Below, one piece after another: positions 52,806 through 61,926 of a DNA stretch of 64,000 nucleotides. The stretch's first letter is position 1; the number at the start of each line of letters is the position of its first letter. The DNA comes from Porphyridium purpureum (lineage: Eukaryota). The stretch lies in NCBI GenBank assembly GCA_008690995.1, contig VRMN01000005.1, forward strand, positions 124,001-188,000, written 5' to 3'. The notes under the pieces are model-generated. The model was not told where the DNA came from. It saw only the letters and a program-made list of their open reading frames with translations, and did no database searches. The position numbers and the translations under genes are program-made.

Positions 52806-53291
52806 ATGGCTGGGAGAAGAGGTGCGTACCGGTTTGGCGCGACACTTCTGGCATTGTGTGTCGTCCTGGTGCTTGCGGCGTCGCCCTCAGCTGTGTCAGC
52901 AGCGGCGATTGGGCCAGGTTCATACGGCGCACAAAATGTGCCAGCGCTTTACATCAAGAAGCTCACACCAGATGCACCAGCTCTAGAGCTGGCCGAGTCT
53001 GCGGAGCGTGACGGAAACCCAGCGCGATTGGACATGATGAACGACGACGAGGAACTCCTGCCGCAACCAGAGGAGCGGCAGGGAGACTTTCCCAGTTTTC
53101 CATCGTCTATTCCGACCATCAGCAGCGGACCCGAGACGGCCGGGCCCACGCAGGCCCCGGAGGATTTTGAGCTTTCAACCGGCCAAATCGTGGGGCTCGC
53201 CGTTTCGTCCGGAGTCGTGGTAGTCTTGCTGTTGGGCGTATTCAGTTTTAGCGTGCGCGGCTACGAGCGAATGGAGCGCTGGGGCTTATAA
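52806..53291 (+). CDS. Small type I single-pass membrane protein
   Basis: Signal-peptide-like LLALCVVLVLAASPSAVSA, a Pro/Ser/Glu-rich ectodomain, and TM IVGLAVSSGVVVVLLLGVFSFSV. Confidence 0.7.
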   Translation: MAGRRGAYRFGATLLALCVVLVLAASPSAVSAAAIGPGSYGAQNVPALYIKKLTPDAPALELAESAERDGNPARLDMMNDDEELLPQPEERQGDFPSFPSSIPTISSGPETAGPTQAPEDFELSTGQIVGLAVSSGVVVVLLLGVFSFSVRGYERMERWGL

Positions 53292-53373
53292 GCGAAAGGA
53301 CAAGGCAAACGGCCAATCGCTTATTACTAACAAGACGGTTCACGCAGGAAGCAACCTTACTCCGCACCGAAAA

Positions 53374-54990
53374 TTAAACAGCACTCTTACCCTTCATGCG
53401 CTTCCCTTTCGCGGCGTTTCTCTTGGCATGCCGCGGTGCGGGCTTTGACACGCCTTTCAGACCCTTCTTCTCTTTCAGACGACGGCGCTCGCGGATATTG
53501 AGCATCGGCGACGCTCGCGAGACACCACCGTCCCGAGTAGCCCGAACGCCCTCGTAAGGTCGTAATTTGGCGCCCTCCACAGCTCGTGCACCCGGACGCC
53601 CCGCGCCAGGACCGCCCATGCCACGTGGTCGCACGCGGCCGGCGGGCTCGGACTTGCCGGATGCGGTGCATCGAGATATCCGCAGCCGCCGTCCGCCGCA
53701 TTTCGCGGTGTTGTTCAGTAGCAACGCCTCGGACACCGCAAACTCGTCCTCAAACGCAACGTAGCCAAATCCCTTACCCATACCAGTTCGCTCGTCGCGG
53801 ATGATGCGGACGTTCACAACCGGGCTTCCAACTGGCGTGAAGCAAGCGCGAAGGTCATCTTCGGACGCATTCCAGGCCAGGTTTCCGATAAATACTGAGC
53901 GGCGCGTGTCTGCTTCTGAAATTTGCGCCGTCTTGGACGATTCAAGGTCCACGCGAATGCATTTGCCGAGAAACTCGCTCCCATTCAAGGAACACGCAGT
54001 TTTTGCACTCGCCTCATCTGTGAAGACAATATACGCATTGTAGTTGTCGCGCTGCTCGTGCACCTGTCGCGTCATTGCGGCCACCCGCTTTGGCATGCCC
54101 AGCTTGGGCGGAGCAATGGAGCGCAAACGAACCGATTCAATCTTGCCAAATTGAGAAAACAAGCGTGTAAGCTGCTTTCGCGTTGCGGCAGCCGGTACGT
54201 TGCCGACGAACACGGTTTGCGACTTTCGCAGCTCGTCCTGTAACCTTTTCACCTGTAACTTGGTGTCTCCGACGAGAAGATCCCGACCTTCGGATCCATG
54301 ACGCAGAAGTTCAGCAGCGGACTCGCGCGACTCAAAACGCACAGTGGCACTGCATTCATCCGGTAAAAGCTTGACCGAGACAATCGTGCCAAATTCTGTC
54401 AACACGGTGCGAAGATCCTTCTTCTTCGTACCGGGCGGCACCTTTCGTAGAAGCACAGAGGCGCGGCGAGCCTCGATAAGCTCCTTTTCGGCTAACGCTT
54501 TCGCCTCCTCCTCAGTGACATTGTTAACGGCGGCACTGTTTTCTTCTGGTGTGTCTTCTGTCTTGTCATGGAAATTGTCTACATCTGAGCCTGCCTTGGC
54601 CTCGATAGCGGCCCCGTCCTTGGCATCTTTTCGCTTACGATCCGGCTTTTTCAACTTTTTGGTGCTTACATCACGTTGCTCGGCATCGCCAGTTGCCAAG
54701 GGCAGGCTGTTGCCTTTGTTACCGTCGCTTCCAGTCCGCTTGCGTTTCTCTTTCCGATCAGCACGGCGCGTTCCCACCGCTGGGAGAAAATCAATCTGAT
54801 CAACATCACCTGCTCTCGGAGCGACTTGCGTTTCCTTCAACTTGGTCTTGGATTCGGCCTGGGACTCAGACTCAGACTTGGATTTGGGCTCTGACTCCAA
54901 CTTGACTTTGGACTTTGACTGGGTCTTGCTCGTGTTCTTACTCTTACTCCTATGCTCCTGAGCTGGGAGCGGGACTTGTGTTGTAGTCAT
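53374..54990 (-). CDS. RBM34: Nucleolar RRM protein RBM34/Nop12-like
   Basis: TVFVGNVP..FSQFGKIESVRLRS..NAYIVF..IRVD and SVFIGNL..VRIIRD..GMGKGFGYVAF, a third N-terminal RRM, YEGVRA and a Lys-rich tail. Confidence 0.9.
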   Translation of the reverse strand: MTTTQVPLPAQEHRSKSKNTSKTQSKSKVKLESEPKSKSESESQAESKTKLKETQVAPRAGDVDQIDFLPAVGTRRADRKEKRKRTGSDGNKGNSLPLATGDAEQRDVSTKKLKKPDRKRKDAKDGAAIEAKAGSDVDNFHDKTEDTPEENSAAVNNVTEEEAKALAEKELIEARRASVLLRKVPPGTKKKDLRTVLTEFGTIVSVKLLPDECSATVRFESRESAAELLRHGSEGRDLLVGDTKLQVKRLQDELRKSQTVFVGNVPAAATRKQLTRLFSQFGKIESVRLRSIAPPKLGMPKRVAAMTRQVHEQRDNYNAYIVFTDEASAKTACSLNGSEFLGKCIRVDLESSKTAQISEADTRRSVFIGNLAWNASEDDLRACFTPVGSPVVNVRIIRDERTGMGKGFGYVAFEDEFAVSEALLLNNTAKCGGRRLRISRCTASGKSEPAGRVRPRGMGGPGAGRPGARAVEGAKLRPYEGVRATRDGGVSRASPMLNIRERRRLKEKKGLKGVSKPAPRHAKRNAAKGKRMKGKSAV

Positions 54991-55057
54991 GTTGAGCACT
55001 TACGACACACTACGTTTCGACAAGGCCTCACGTTGTCGAAATCGTTACAAAAGAGAA

Positions 55058-55491
55058 CTGGAAACACACAGTATCAAGCCAAAACACAAAGCGACTCGGG
55101 TTAGCTTCCTGTCTTGATCGCTATAGATGAAGCAATGTCTTTGAAAGGGACGCAAAGCTGCGGTAGAAACGCGCGCGGCGCGATGGACGAGGTCGAAAGA
55201 ACACGCCCGAACTCGAGCAGAAACGACAGGTGGCGCACGAGGACACACTGGCGCACCAAGGGCTCTTTCATCAATCTCATGTGGATACTCCGCAGCCAAT
55301 CGGACGACCGCAAACACGACCGCCACGCTTGCTTGGATTAAAACAGTCTAAAGTTTTTCTTAATCCTCAAGAGCGTCTGGTGCACCGAATGTGATTCTCA
55401 CCACTGCCTCTCGCACGAACCGCGCAGCCGCCGCCGGCCTGGAAGGCAGCGTTCTGCGCTGCTCCAACGTAACTGAAAAGAGCAAACGTAC
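55058..55491 (-). other. Probable spliceosomal intron in the RBM34 5'UTR
   Basis: On the minus strand: CAG|GTACGT donor at 55491, GCTAAC branch-like site near 55100-55105, and a T-rich tract ending TTTCCAG at 55058. Confidence 0.5.
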
Positions 55492-55985
55492 CTGTCGCTC
55501 TGCGGACTCTCCCAAGAAGCTGTGTATCACACACACACGCACACATCCACCTCGTCTGCTTCTGTGCCCGTCCACCCGAGCCTCCGATGCGCCGCGCACG
55601 GCGGCGTTTCCTTTTCATAGTTGAAATGGCATGTTTGCTTAGAACAAGGTGTGTAAACAAAGGATTAGCCCTGGCCATTCCAAGACGGGCAAGTTCACGA
55701 GTGAAGTGCGGAACCAGAGGCCACGCGGCGGCACTGTTTGGCCGTTAGAGACGGCGCTCCACGTGCCAAGGTCCGCGTGATTCTGCAAACTCATCGCCTG
55801 ACCTCGCGCCGTGCAGGCAGTTTCGACCCGTTCGATACCTTGAGCGGCCACACCTGTCTGGGGTGATCAGACTAAGCGAGAACAAGACGAGGCAGACGGC
55901 CCTTTCCACGACTCAGTCGCTCGTGGTCTGGAAAGGGAGTGAGTGAATCAGTGATCGAAGACGAACGCTGGCATATTCAGCATAG

Positions 55986-56021
55986 GAGAGCGAGCGAGAG
56001 AGCGAGAGAGAGCGAGAGAGA
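55986..56021. repeat. GA-rich (GAGAGAGC-like) simple repeat upstream of RPA1
   Basis: gagagcgagcgagagagcgagagagagcgagagaga read directly. Confidence 0.7.
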
Positions 56022-56061
56022 GTGACAAAAGAAAACACAGAAGAAATACCTGAAACCCATC

Positions 56062-59000
56062 ATGGACGCGGTCGCGGCCGAGCCAGATCAGCGTTTGGTC
56101 GTCTTCCAACCAAAGCACTATGGGTTTGGGTTCTACAGCGCTGACCAGGTGCGAAGAATGTCGGTCAAGGCCGTAGTGCATACGGTAAGCCAGGACGAGT
56201 TTGGACGCAGCATTCCCGGTGGATTGTATGATCTGGCCATGGGTCCCGTGAACCCGCAGACAGAGTGCGCAACCTGCGGGTTAGGTTGGACAGAGTGTCC
56301 TGGTCATTTCGGCCACATCGAGCTCGTGTCGCCTGTCGTGCACCCGCTGCTATTTGCTTCGCTGTTCAGGGTGCTGCAATCGAAATGTTGGTCGTGCCAC
56401 GAATTTCGCGCACCCGCTTTGGTTAAGCGCTTACTCAAATCAACACTGCGTGTCATGCGCGATGAGGATGCTTTTCAGGCCGGGACCGTGTCCGCGATGC
56501 TTACCGCCTGGAGAAGTGCTCTTAGCGCATCAGCAGAAGCTGGCGCGAACGGGATCGAGAGCAGCATCGAGGCTCTGTTGACACGAGTCGATGCTGAGTG
56601 GCAGCAGTACGGCAGCTTTACGCGCCGGTCGGGTGCTGCTGGTAAGAGCGGTGCGTTGGATCGCGTGGGCGCGGGCATGACAGCTACCCATGTCACGCGC
56701 CACTCGCATGCCGCCAAGCTTCTGCTCAAGGAGTTTTACACGATGTGCCACCAGCGGAAACAGTGCGCATCGTGTGGGTTCCTTCAGGTAAAACTCTCGA
56801 GGCGCAAACTTCGCGTGTACCGTAGATCAAAAGGGACTTCTGCCTCGGTACTTGGCAGCTTGACGTCCGACAAGGCCATGCGTGAGAGCGCAGACATTGA
56901 AGTTTCTGACATTGAGGACGACGCCGATACCCCGACCGAAGGAAAACTTGATCGTGCCGTACGTGGAGAGGACGAAATGGATTACAGCGATCCAGTGGCG
57001 CATGCGGCCATGCCGCCTCGCACGGGCGTGAAAGAGAAAGGACGCGGCGACGACATGTCCACCGGTGTCGGCGACGCAAGCAACAAATTGAGGCTCCAGA
57101 TCGTACCAACGCTCGAACTACGGAATCAAATAGGAAAACTTTGGGAACATGAGAAGTCTCTATGTCGGCAAATTTGGCACTTGTACGGCGCAGAAACGGC
57201 GAATGAGGAGGACACAAAAGGTCCAGAGACCAGTCCAACTGATTTGTTTTTCCTTCACGTGCTGATTGTTCCCCCGAACCGGTTCCGGCCCACCAGCAAA
57301 AGCGAGGACGGCGGACCGGACCATGAACACGTGCAAAATGTGGCATACGCGTCGATCATGAAGGTGAATCGGCAAGTGCGTGAAAGTGCGGACAAGGCGG
57401 TCAGAAAGGACGCTTCCAAGACGGACCGCGAGGCGTACATGCAGGCACTGCTGATGCTTCAAGACGCAGTGTGCAGCCTAATCGACCCGACCTTAACCGT
57501 GATGCGAAAAAGCGCGACAAGTGCATTGGGAGAGCTAGCAGGTGTGCGGCAAGTGCTGGAGAAGAAAACGGGATTGTTCCGCTGGAACATCATGGGCAAG
57601 CGCACTAACCATTCTGCGCGCTCGGTGATCGGTCCGGATGTCTTTTTGGACACGAATGAATTGGGCGTACCTGAGGCCTTTGCACGAAAGCTTACCATTA
57701 TCGAATCCGTCAACGCGTTCAATATCGAGCGCCTCACTAAATGCGTGCTAAATGGGCCGGACGTACACCCGGGCGCCAATTTCGTGGACGTGCCAGGCAA
57801 AGGCCGTACGAATCTGCTTTCGAGCAAGGCGCGTTCACGAGAGGCGCAAGCGCGGCAGCTGGGTGTCGAGATGACAGCGGATGGTGGAGTTGACGGCGCC
57901 GAGCAAGGTAGCGCTGGACTAACACAACAGACACAGCGCAAAGTCGGACGGCACCTGCGCACGGGAGACATTGTTTTATTTAATCGGCAGCCGTCCCTGC
58001 ACCGGGCGTCGATCATGGCGCACCGTGTGCGTGTGCTTCCTGGCGAAAAAACGCTGCGCATGCATTATGCGAATTGCGGATCGTACAACGCCGATTTTGA
58101 CGGTGACGAGATGAACATGTACGTTCCACAGCATCTTGGCGCGATCGCGGAGGGCAGCGTGATCGCACTGGCGGACCATCAATACGTCACGCCTACCTCT
58201 GGCGCGCCGGTGCGCGGGCTTATCCAGGATCACGTGCTTGCAGGCGTGCTGCTCACCAAGCGGGACACCTTTCTGGATCGTGCCACTTTTCAGCAACTGC
58301 TCTACTCTGCAGTTGCGCGAGGCTTGCACGAGGAGAACGGTCAAGGAAGTATATTTGCCTCCTTTCGCATGCCTTTGCCTGCGATCCTGCGCCCGCAAGC
58401 TCTCTGGACAGGAAAGCAGCTAACTTCTGCGCTCATCCGGTTGGTAGCCGGGCTCGAGATGCCTTCGCAGGTTGCGTTTGAATCGGACGGCCATGGCCGC
58501 GGGGAGCGAGTACCGAGAGGCATATTTCTAACGTCTCGCTCGCGCACAAAGGCAGACATGGTTGGGGATGAGACTACGGTCATTTTCAGAGATGGGGAGC
58601 TCCTTCGGGGCGTGCTGGACAAGAACCAATTTGGTGCATCATCTTTTGGCTTGGTGCATGCATTTTTTGAGCTGTACGGAGCGGAGAAGGCCGGACAGCT
58701 TCTATCGTGTCTGAGCAGGCTCTTTACCTGGTTTCTACGCATGGTGGGTCACACAACGGGTGTCGGCGATTTGTTACTGACACCCACAGCCGAATCAGAG
58801 CGTGCGCGTATTTTGCACGACGCTCGTGCGCATGTCGGCAAGAGCGTGCTCGCCAAGCTGTGCGGGCAGAGCTCACCGTTTGCCACCCATATGGCGGCTG
58901 CTCGCGCTTTTGAAGAAATGACAATTGCAGACACTGGATTTGAGGCACGAGTGGACGCGGCAATGAAGTCAGCGCTGGCTAGCGTGACCTCGAGCGTCAT

Positions 59001-61434
59001 GGAGAGCTGCTTTGGTTTCGGTACGCTTCAACGCGCCTTCCCGCAAAATGGATTTCAGCTCATGACAGGCACCGGCGCCAAGGGCTCGGCAGTCAACTCG
59101 GCTCAGATTTCGTGTCAGCTCGGCCAGACGAGTCTCGAGGGCGCACGGGTACCACGTAGCGCAGCAGGTAACACACTTCCATGCTTTGAGCCGTTCGACG
59201 TGTCAGCGCGAGCTGGTGGCTTTATCTCGAATCGCTTCCTCACGGGCTTAAAGCCCGCCGAGTATTTCCTGCACTGCATGGCCGGTCGTGAAGGACTCAT
59301 CGACACCGCTGTTAAGACTGCACGCTCCGGGTACTTGCAGCGCTGCCTCGTCAAGCACCTCGAAGGCATCAAGCTCGAATATGACCATACAGTGCGTGAC
59401 GCAGACGGTCAAGTTATCCAGTTTTTGTACGGGGAGGATGGACTAGACCCGTCCAAGGTTGGATGGTTGCTTAAAGAGATGCAATGGCAGCTAGACAATG
59501 TGCATCAGCTGCGGCGGCTGGGCAATGGCGGCACTCGCACTGATACTGTTTCTGTTGAGCGATGGATGCACGAGGTACCAGAGGGCTGGAAGCACCAGTT
59601 CGCTTCCGGGGCCGCAGATTCACAATCAAATCATGTCTTACTCGACAAGCTTGGACCTGGTGGGGTGAATGTCTTGGGAGGTGTGTCGGAGCGATACCGC
59701 GCAGCAATCGAGCAATTGGTGAGCAAGAAGGCGACGCCTGTCGCAAGTACGCCAGCGTCACAGCCAGACACGAGCAAAAAGCACATGACCGGAGCAGAAA
59801 TTGAGCGCTTCATGATGCAGCGCTACCAGCAGTCTTTGATGCAACCGGGTGAAGCTGTAGGTGTGGTTGCAGCCCAAAGTATCGGCGAGCCTTCCACGCA
59901 AATGACGCTGAACACCTTTCACTTTGCCGGGATGGGCGCAGCACACGTGACTCTGGGTATTCCTAGGCTCCGTGAGCTACTGATGACCGCCTCTGAGAAG
60001 CCCAAAACGCCCATGATGCAGCTCCCGCTGCGCGAGCATGTGTCGCATACTACGGCGGAGCGTCTTGCTTGGCAAATGCGCCGCATTACTCTGAATGATC
60101 TCATGACCGGAGTGTCCGTTCGTATGCTGAACCTGCACAAAAAGGATGGCGTCCACAGCGATCACGTAAGCTTTGAACTCACCCTGCATCTTATCAAGGC
60201 AGAGTTGTACTTGCCGCTGCTGAATCTGTCCGCGGACGATATTGCGCGCGTTTGCCGCCAGAAGCTGAAGCCGACATTGGCGCGTATGTTGAAAGTGCAC
60301 TTGCAGAAGGTGCGCTTGTACAAGGAAGGGCGAGGAACACAAACTCTAGAGAAGCGCACAGGCGGCGGTGATGACGATTCCGGTGATAATGCATCAGAAG
60401 CGGAAATTGCCGCCGGCGACGATGAAACAGCGAAGCACGACTCGGCGATCGAGGGCGACAGTGGAGCAGAGCGGGACAGCGATGCGGAAGATATGGAAGA
60501 TGGGGAGGAGAACGATAGCGAAACCAGTGCGAGCGAGCTGAACCAAGACGCGAGCCTCTCAATGGACCGAGAGCACTCGGAGGATGAATCATTCTCGGAA
60601 GGATCAGGCGAGGAGATTAGTGAAAAGCATCACCGCAAGGCACACCAAAAACGTGCGCTTTCTCACTCTTCAGTTCTCGCAGGTGGTGAGGTCGATGCGA
60701 CTGCGAAGGTTGATGAAGGCGTCATTGCTGCCATGCACGAGGGAGAAAGCAGAGTTGACACAGTCGATGAGGATCAGCGAGATGACAAGTTTCGAAATGG
60801 AGGAACGTCCGGAGATGACTTTGTCGTCAGTGATACGATGGAATGGGTGCGCTTCACGCAGCCGCTCGACACCAGGATGCAGTTTTGTGTTGATTGGCAC
60901 ACGCTCGTTGTAGCAGCCTCGAAATTAGCGGTTGTGAATGAGATCAGTGACGTGCGTCGCGCATTTGTCGAGGTCGATGAAGCCAGCGAGTCCGGGATGC
61001 GCTTGACTGTGGAGGGCTCGAATCTTCAGGCCGCATGGGGCTACGATACGATGGCCGACCTGTCGAAAATCTACACGAACGATATACACGCTACGCTTAT
61101 CACGTATGGAGTGGAGGCGGCGCGCGCGCTGATTGTGAGGGAGCTAGGTATGGTGTTTGAGGCATATGGCATCCCTGTGGACCGGCGGCATCTCATGTTG
61201 ATTGCCGACTACCAGACGGTCAATGGAGACTGGCGTGCTTTCAACCGACTCAGCATGCTTTCAGCACCAAGCGTCTTCCAACGCGTCACTTTTGAAACGG
61301 CTACGTCATTCCTGACGGACTCTGCTCTGTATGGGGACATCGACTCCATGGCCAATCCGTCTGCAGCCATTGCGTTGGGAGTCCCGCCCGCAATCGGTAC
61401 CGGCGCGGTTGCGCTGGTACCGAATCTGATCTAG
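56062..61434 (+). CDS. RPA1: DNA-directed RNA polymerase I largest subunit
   Basis: GGLYDLAMGP, CPGHFGHIEL, NRQPSLH, YANCGSYNADFDGDEMN catalytic motif, MAGREGLIDTAVKTARSGYLQRCL, TQMTLNTFHFAG..VTLGIPRLRE, and the acidic Pol I insert. Confidence 0.97.
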   Translation: MDAVAAEPDQRLVVFQPKHYGFGFYSADQVRRMSVKAVVHTVSQDEFGRSIPGGLYDLAMGPVNPQTECATCGLGWTECPGHFGHIELVSPVVHPLLFASLFRVLQSKCWSCHEFRAPALVKRLLKSTLRVMRDEDAFQAGTVSAMLTAWRSALSASAEAGANGIESSIEALLTRVDAEWQQYGSFTRRSGAAGKSGALDRVGAGMTATHVTRHSHAAKLLLKEFYTMCHQRKQCASCGFLQVKLSRRKLRVYRRSKGTSASVLGSLTSDKAMRESADIEVSDIEDDADTPTEGKLDRAVRGEDEMDYSDPVAHAAMPPRTGVKEKGRGDDMSTGVGDASNKLRLQIVPTLELRNQIGKLWEHEKSLCRQIWHLYGAETANEEDTKGPETSPTDLFFLHVLIVPPNRFRPTSKSEDGGPDHEHVQNVAYASIMKVNRQVRESADKAVRKDASKTDREAYMQALLMLQDAVCSLIDPTLTVMRKSATSALGELAGVRQVLEKKTGLFRWNIMGKRTNHSARSVIGPDVFLDTNELGVPEAFARKLTIIESVNAFNIERLTKCVLNGPDVHPGANFVDVPGKGRTNLLSSKARSREAQARQLGVEMTADGGVDGAEQGSAGLTQQTQRKVGRHLRTGDIVLFNRQPSLHRASIMAHRVRVLPGEKTLRMHYANCGSYNADFDGDEMNMYVPQHLGAIAEGSVIALADHQYVTPTSGAPVRGLIQDHVLAGVLLTKRDTFLDRATFQQLLYSAVARGLHEENGQGSIFASFRMPLPAILRPQALWTGKQLTSALIRLVAGLEMPSQVAFESDGHGRGERVPRGIFLTSRSRTKADMVGDETTVIFRDGELLRGVLDKNQFGASSFGLVHAFFELYGAEKAGQLLSCLSRLFTWFLRMVGHTTGVGDLLLTPTAESERARILHDARAHVGKSVLAKLCGQSSPFATHMAAARAFEEMTIADTGFEARVDAAMKSALASVTSSVMESCFGFGTLQRAFPQNGFQLMTGTGAKGSAVNSAQISCQLGQTSLEGARVPRSAAGNTLPCFEPFDVSARAGGFISNRFLTGLKPAEYFLHCMAGREGLIDTAVKTARSGYLQRCLVKHLEGIKLEYDHTVRDADGQVIQFLYGEDGLDPSKVGWLLKEMQWQLDNVHQLRRLGNGGTRTDTVSVERWMHEVPEGWKHQFASGAADSQSNHVLLDKLGPGGVNVLGGVSERYRAAIEQLVSKKATPVASTPASQPDTSKKHMTGAEIERFMMQRYQQSLMQPGEAVGVVAAQSIGEPSTQMTLNTFHFAGMGAAHVTLGIPRLRELLMTASEKPKTPMMQLPLREHVSHTTAERLAWQMRRITLNDLMTGVSVRMLNLHKKDGVHSDHVSFELTLHLIKAELYLPLLNLSADDIARVCRQKLKPTLARMLKVHLQKVRLYKEGRGTQTLEKRTGGGDDDSGDNASEAEIAAGDDETAKHDSAIEGDSGAERDSDAEDMEDGEENDSETSASELNQDASLSMDREHSEDESFSEGSGEEISEKHHRKAHQKRALSHSSVLAGGEVDATAKVDEGVIAAMHEGESRVDTVDEDQRDDKFRNGGTSGDDFVVSDTMEWVRFTQPLDTRMQFCVDWHTLVVAASKLAVVNEISDVRRAFVEVDEASESGMRLTVEGSNLQAAWGYDTMADLSKIYTNDIHATLITYGVEAARALIVRELGMVFEAYGIPVDRRHLMLIADYQTVNGDWRAFNRLSMLSAPSVFQRVTFETATSFLTDSALYGDIDSMANPSAAIALGVPPAIGTGAVALVPNLI

Positions 61435-61926
61435 GCTCATTTGAAGTTGTGACAAGATTTGAGAGCCCTAGTCTGTCGTAACTTGTTGACGGAGAGAGCT
61501 TGTCTAAGTCTAGATGGGCATTCGGACGCTCTACGACGCCAAAGGAAGCAAAGGCTTGCGGTCATCTAAGCGAGTGCGTGCCATGAGGACAGAGTAAAAC
61601 CCATTAATGTTCCGAGAACTGACGTCTTGCTAGCCAGTGCTTCTTTGGTGAAATTCATTGTCGTTCAATGCTGCTGCAATTGCAGATTCAAACGTTATAT
61701 TGCGCGCATTCCCCTTCCACACGCTTTCGCCGGTGCCATGCTTCAGCTGTCGTTACTTTGCAGAATCCAGCACCACAAAAGCCTGATCGTGCCCACTCAA
61801 ATTGACGGACTTGACGGCTTGAGACAGTTTCGACAAAAATGATGCTCTCACCAAATGCATTCAGCGGAATTCGTCGAACCCCGAGAAAACTTTACATATC
61901 TATCGTGGTTTTCGTTTCGATTACGT

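Noticed and set aside
55268..55273. C-box (TGATGA) of an intronic C/D snoRNA on the minus strand
   Set aside because: No matching D-box (CTGA) was seen downstream within the intron.
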